DNA of 41,702 nucleotides from a virus, in IMG/VR virus record IMGVR_UViG_3300034655_000019; one strand, given 5' to 3'. A model generated the notes under the pieces. That model saw only the letters and a list, made by a program, of their open reading frames with translations. It was not told the origin of the DNA and ran no database searches. The position numbers were made by a program, and so were the translations under genes. Positions 39,211 through 41,702 of this stretch are shown one piece after another (position 1 is the stretch's first letter; each line of letters starts with the position of its first letter).

Positions 39211-41702
39211 ATGGCTCAAACCTATAAAACTGGCTTAATCATCACCGGGGATGCCAGTGGTGGCATTCGGGCCATTAAGGCTACCGAGGACGAACTCGGC
39301 AAGCTCAACCAAGGCTTTGACCGCGGCTCACGTCGTAGCCGTCAGTTTAACCAAGACGTTAACGCCACTAGCCAAGGTTTGGCCGTGCTGCGCCGCGCCG
39401 CTGCGCCTATTGCCGGTGCTATTGCGGGCATGTTTGCGGCTAACTCGCTGCAAAACCAGATCAACTGGGCCGACCAGCTGCAGAAAACCAACCTGCGCAT
39501 TGGAGCCAGCACAGAAGCGCTGAGCCAGTACAACTACGTCGCCAGCCTTTCCGGCGTCGAGTTCAACCAGCTGACGACGGCATGGCAGCGCCAAACCCGG
39601 CGTATTGCCGAAGCCGCTGCAGGCACAGGGGTAGCCGTCGCGGCGCTGGATCGCCTCAATCTTAGCGCCCAAGAGCTGAACCAACTGGCCCCAGAAGACC
39701 AGTTCGAGCGCATCGCGGAAGCCATGCAGGGCGTGGAAAACAGCAGTGAGCGCGTGCGCCTTGCCCAGCAGCTTTGGGATAGCGAGGGCGTAAAACTGGT
39801 GCAGATCGTCAACAGTGGCACCGATGCCATTGCTGCCATGCGCGCGGAGGCTGACGCGCTGGGCCTAACGATCAGCCAAGACACCGCCAACGCCATGGCA
39901 AGCTATAACGATGAAGTCGATCGCCTAAAGTTTGCCGCGCAGGGTGTCAGCCAAACGCTGCTTTCTGAGCTAGTGCCTGCGATGACGGCAGGGCTACAAA
40001 ACGTCAATGCGTTTATCCAAGAGGCGGGCGGCGCGGCCAGCATTTTGAATGAAGTGAAAGACGTAGCCGCCATCACCGCCGCTGTGCTGGCGGGCCGTTA
40101 CGCCGCGGCCATGGTGACGGCTAGCCAAGCCACGTTACAGAAGCTAGCCGCTGACCGTGCGGCTGCAGCGCAGTCTGCTCTCAGCATGGAGGCAGAAGCG
40201 GGGCGCGCCGCCATGCAGGCCCGCACAACCGCAGCAGAACTGAACACGGCGGCGGTACGTGCCACCATTGCGGCTCAAGAGGCGGCGCAGGAGCGCGCCG
40301 CAGCAGCGCAAGACGTGCAGCGGTTGCAGCGCCTGCAAGCACAGCTAGCCGCAGAGAAAACCCTGGCCGCCCAGCGCTTAGCCGAACAATCCAATGCCGC
40401 AGGCCGTATGCAGGTGCAGGCGCGCATCAACCAGTTACATACCGCAGAACTGACGGCCACTAACCAGCTAACCGCGGCAACCACCCGGCTCAACCAGGCA
40501 GAAGCCGCCGCCGTATCAACCAAGCGGCTAGCCACTACTGCCAGTATCGAGAAAACCAGAGCGGATACTGCCGCCACTGCCGCCGTGGGCCGCTACACTG
40601 CTGCAACGCATGCGACCACCAATGCCAATACGCTGCTGGCCGCTTCTGGGCGCGCTGCATCGAGTGCGCTGGCGCTGGTGGGTGGGCCGCTGGGTCTTCT
40701 AGTCGGTGCAGGTGGCTTGTTGTATGCCTTCCGTGAGGAGATTGGGCTGGTTCGTCAAGCGGTCGAGCCGACGACACGGCGTATCGACAACCTGACCGAT
40801 GCCATCAACCGTAACAGCGTGGCAGCGGTTGAAGCGGGTATCGTTAACCTGTCGGCTGAGTATTTCACGCTAGGGCAGCGTGCAGCGGCGACAACGGCTC
40901 AGATTGAGCGGCTAAACGCTGCTCAAGAGAATGACCGCCAAGGCGCTCAGGCCCGCTTGCAAAACAACATGCGTTTGCGCGACTTGCGCGAAGAACTAGC
41001 GCAGATTGTCGCCGAGCAGGAAGCGGCGGGCGAAGCGTCTACACGCCTGCGTGAAACGCTGGAAGGGCTAGGCGAGACAGCGGTTCCTGCTACCAGCTCA
41101 TTAACGGATTTAGGCGACACCACCCGCGAAGCCGCCAAACAAACCACCACGCTCGCCAACAGCTACGAAAACCTGCTCGACCGCATCCAGCCCAACCGTC
41201 GCGCCGCACGGCAGTACGCGCAGGATGTGGGCACGCTGAACCTAGCCCTGGCCACGGGCCGCATGACCACCGTGCAGTACATGCAGGCCATGGGCATGCT
41301 GCAGGAGTCGTTTCAGGCGGCGCAGCGGGAAACAGAAAACACCGCTAATGCCTCAGAAGACGCCAGCCAGCGCATCGCCAACAGCTTCCTCAGCTGGGAA
41401 ACCGTCGCGGATAACACGCTGCGCCGTATTGATGATTCCGGCCAAAGCTTGTGGCTTGGCTTGATCGATGGTTCTGAAAGTGCGCTCGATACTGTGAAGC
41501 GGGGCTTCCAGCAAACGCTGGCAGAAATCGCCCACATGCTCACCACGCAAAAACTGACCTTCCAAGTCGCGGGCATGATGGGGCTAGACACCACCGGCAT
41601 GCCCGGCGGCGGCGGCTTCAATCTTGGCTCGCTAGGTTCGCTCTACAGCAGCGCAACGAAATTGCCCTACGTGGGCGATGCCATTAGTGGGGTGGGCAGC
41701 GC
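39211..41702 (+). CDS. Tail tape measure protein, N-terminal part (continues at 1..2423); absent from the supplied ORF track because no stop precedes the window end
   Basis: ATG 39211 after GAGGTGG. Own translation: MAQTYKTGLIITGDASGGIRAIKATEDELGKLNQ...LSAQELNQLAPEDQFERIAEAMQGVENSSERVRLAQQLWDSEGVKLV (lambda-family TMP N-terminal motif). Open to the window end. Confidence 0.9.
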   Translation, partial: MAQTYKTGLIITGDASGGIRAIKATEDELGKLNQGFDRGSRRSRQFNQDVNATSQGLAVLRRAAAPIAGAIAGMFAANSLQNQINWADQLQKTNLRIGASTEALSQYNYVASLSGVEFNQLTTAWQRQTRRIAEAAAGTGVAVAALDRLNLSAQELNQLAPEDQFERIAEAMQGVENSSERVRLAQQLWDSEGVKLVQIVNSGTDAIAAMRAEADALGLTISQDTANAMASYNDEVDRLKFAAQGVSQTLLSELVPAMTAGLQNVNAFIQEAGGAASILNEVKDVAAITAAVLAGRYAAAMVTASQATLQKLAADRAAAAQSALSMEAEAGRAAMQARTTAAELNTAAVRATIAAQEAAQERAAAAQDVQRLQRLQAQLAAEKTLAAQRLAEQSNAAGRMQVQARINQLHTAELTATNQLTAATTRLNQAEAAAVSTKRLATTASIEKTRADTAATAAVGRYTAATHATTNANTLLAASGRAASSALALVGGPLGLLVGAGGLLYAFREEIGLVRQAVEPTTRRIDNLTDAINRNSVAAVEAGIVNLSAEYFTLGQRAAATTAQIERLNAAQENDRQGAQARLQNNMRLRDLREELAQIVAEQEAAGEASTRLRETLEGLGETAVPATSSLTDLGDTTREAAKQTTTLANSYENLLDRIQPNRRAARQYAQDVGTLNLALATGRMTTVQYMQAMGMLQESFQAAQRETENTANASEDASQRIANSFLSWETVADNTLRRIDDSGQSLWLGLIDGSESALDTVKRGFQQTLAEIAHMLTTQKLTFQVAGMMGLDTTGMPGGGGFNLGSLGSLYSSATKLPYVGDAISGVGS
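41576..41702. repeat. Terminal overlap, copy 2 (identical to 1..127)
   Basis: Same 127 nt as the window start; lies inside the tape-measure reading frame. Confidence 0.95.

Larger units (their letters stand above)
1..41702. mobile_element. Complete circular temperate phage-plasmid, unit length 41575 bp (window = one unit plus 127-bp overlap)
   Basis: 1-127 is identical to 41576-41702. The tape-measure ORF is in frame across the junction (39211 and 41578 are both 1 mod 3). Virion, lysis, immunity, replication, partition, resolution and TA modules are all present. Confidence 0.85.

Noticed and set aside
32680-40577. Large antisense ORFs in the late region (32680..33273, 35678..36223, 36577..37056, 38224..38748, 39534..39896, 40275..40577 and others)
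   Set aside because: Each sits opposite a strongly supported structural gene. They are GC-rich frame artefacts.

Overview
The window is one complete, circularly permuted replicon. Bases 1-127 repeat exactly at 41576-41702. A tail tape-measure gene of about 1595 codons (39211..41702, continuing at 1..2423) reads in frame across that junction, which gives a 41,575-bp circle. The element is a temperate siphovirus that also carries a full plasmid maintenance backbone, i.e. a phage-plasmid. Late region (+ strand): holin, SAR endolysin, Rz/Rz1 spanins, and lambda-type head genes (TerS, GpA-type TerL, gpW, portal, ClpP-like protease-scaffold, gpD-like decoration, gpE-like capsid). These are followed by gpZ-like and other connector proteins, the tail tube, G and G-T chaperones with an A_AAA_AAC -1 slippery site, the tape measure, and six tail-tip/fibre genes. 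Plasmid part: an IncFII-RepA-like initiator with an orphan antisense terminator in its leader. There is also an oriV (AT-rich tract, perfect DnaA box TTATCCACA, paired palindromes), a ParA plus RHH ParG-like pair, a serine resolvase, and a DUF1778/GNAT (TacA/TacT-type) toxin-antitoxin. Immunity and early region: a CI-like HTH-S24 repressor whose Ser/Lys dyad appears replaced by Ala/Arg, a Cro/YdaS-like protein, and five TwACAC-N5-GTGTwA operators. A near-consensus LexA box sits in front of a 70-codon ORF, a candidate SOS-controlled antirepressor. The region also encodes an ORF6N/KilA-N protein, RdgC, a LuxR-type HTH protein, a Q-like regulator, DUF1064, a DUF550/MazG-like protein, a DPPH methyltransferase and a P4-type integrase. 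Two things are most unusual. First, an AT-richer two-gene cassette with its own terminator and a weak candidate promoter is wedged between the tail chaperone and tape-measure genes. It encodes a SAP + WYL-like protein with an amphipathic C-terminal helix, translationally coupled to a secreted NTF2-like protein. Second, ATAACGC heptad arrays lie at five mostly promoter-proximal loci, suggesting an omega/ParG-type regulon. No rRNA, tRNA or CRISPR array was seen. All family assignments are by-eye motif recognition and need database confirmation.
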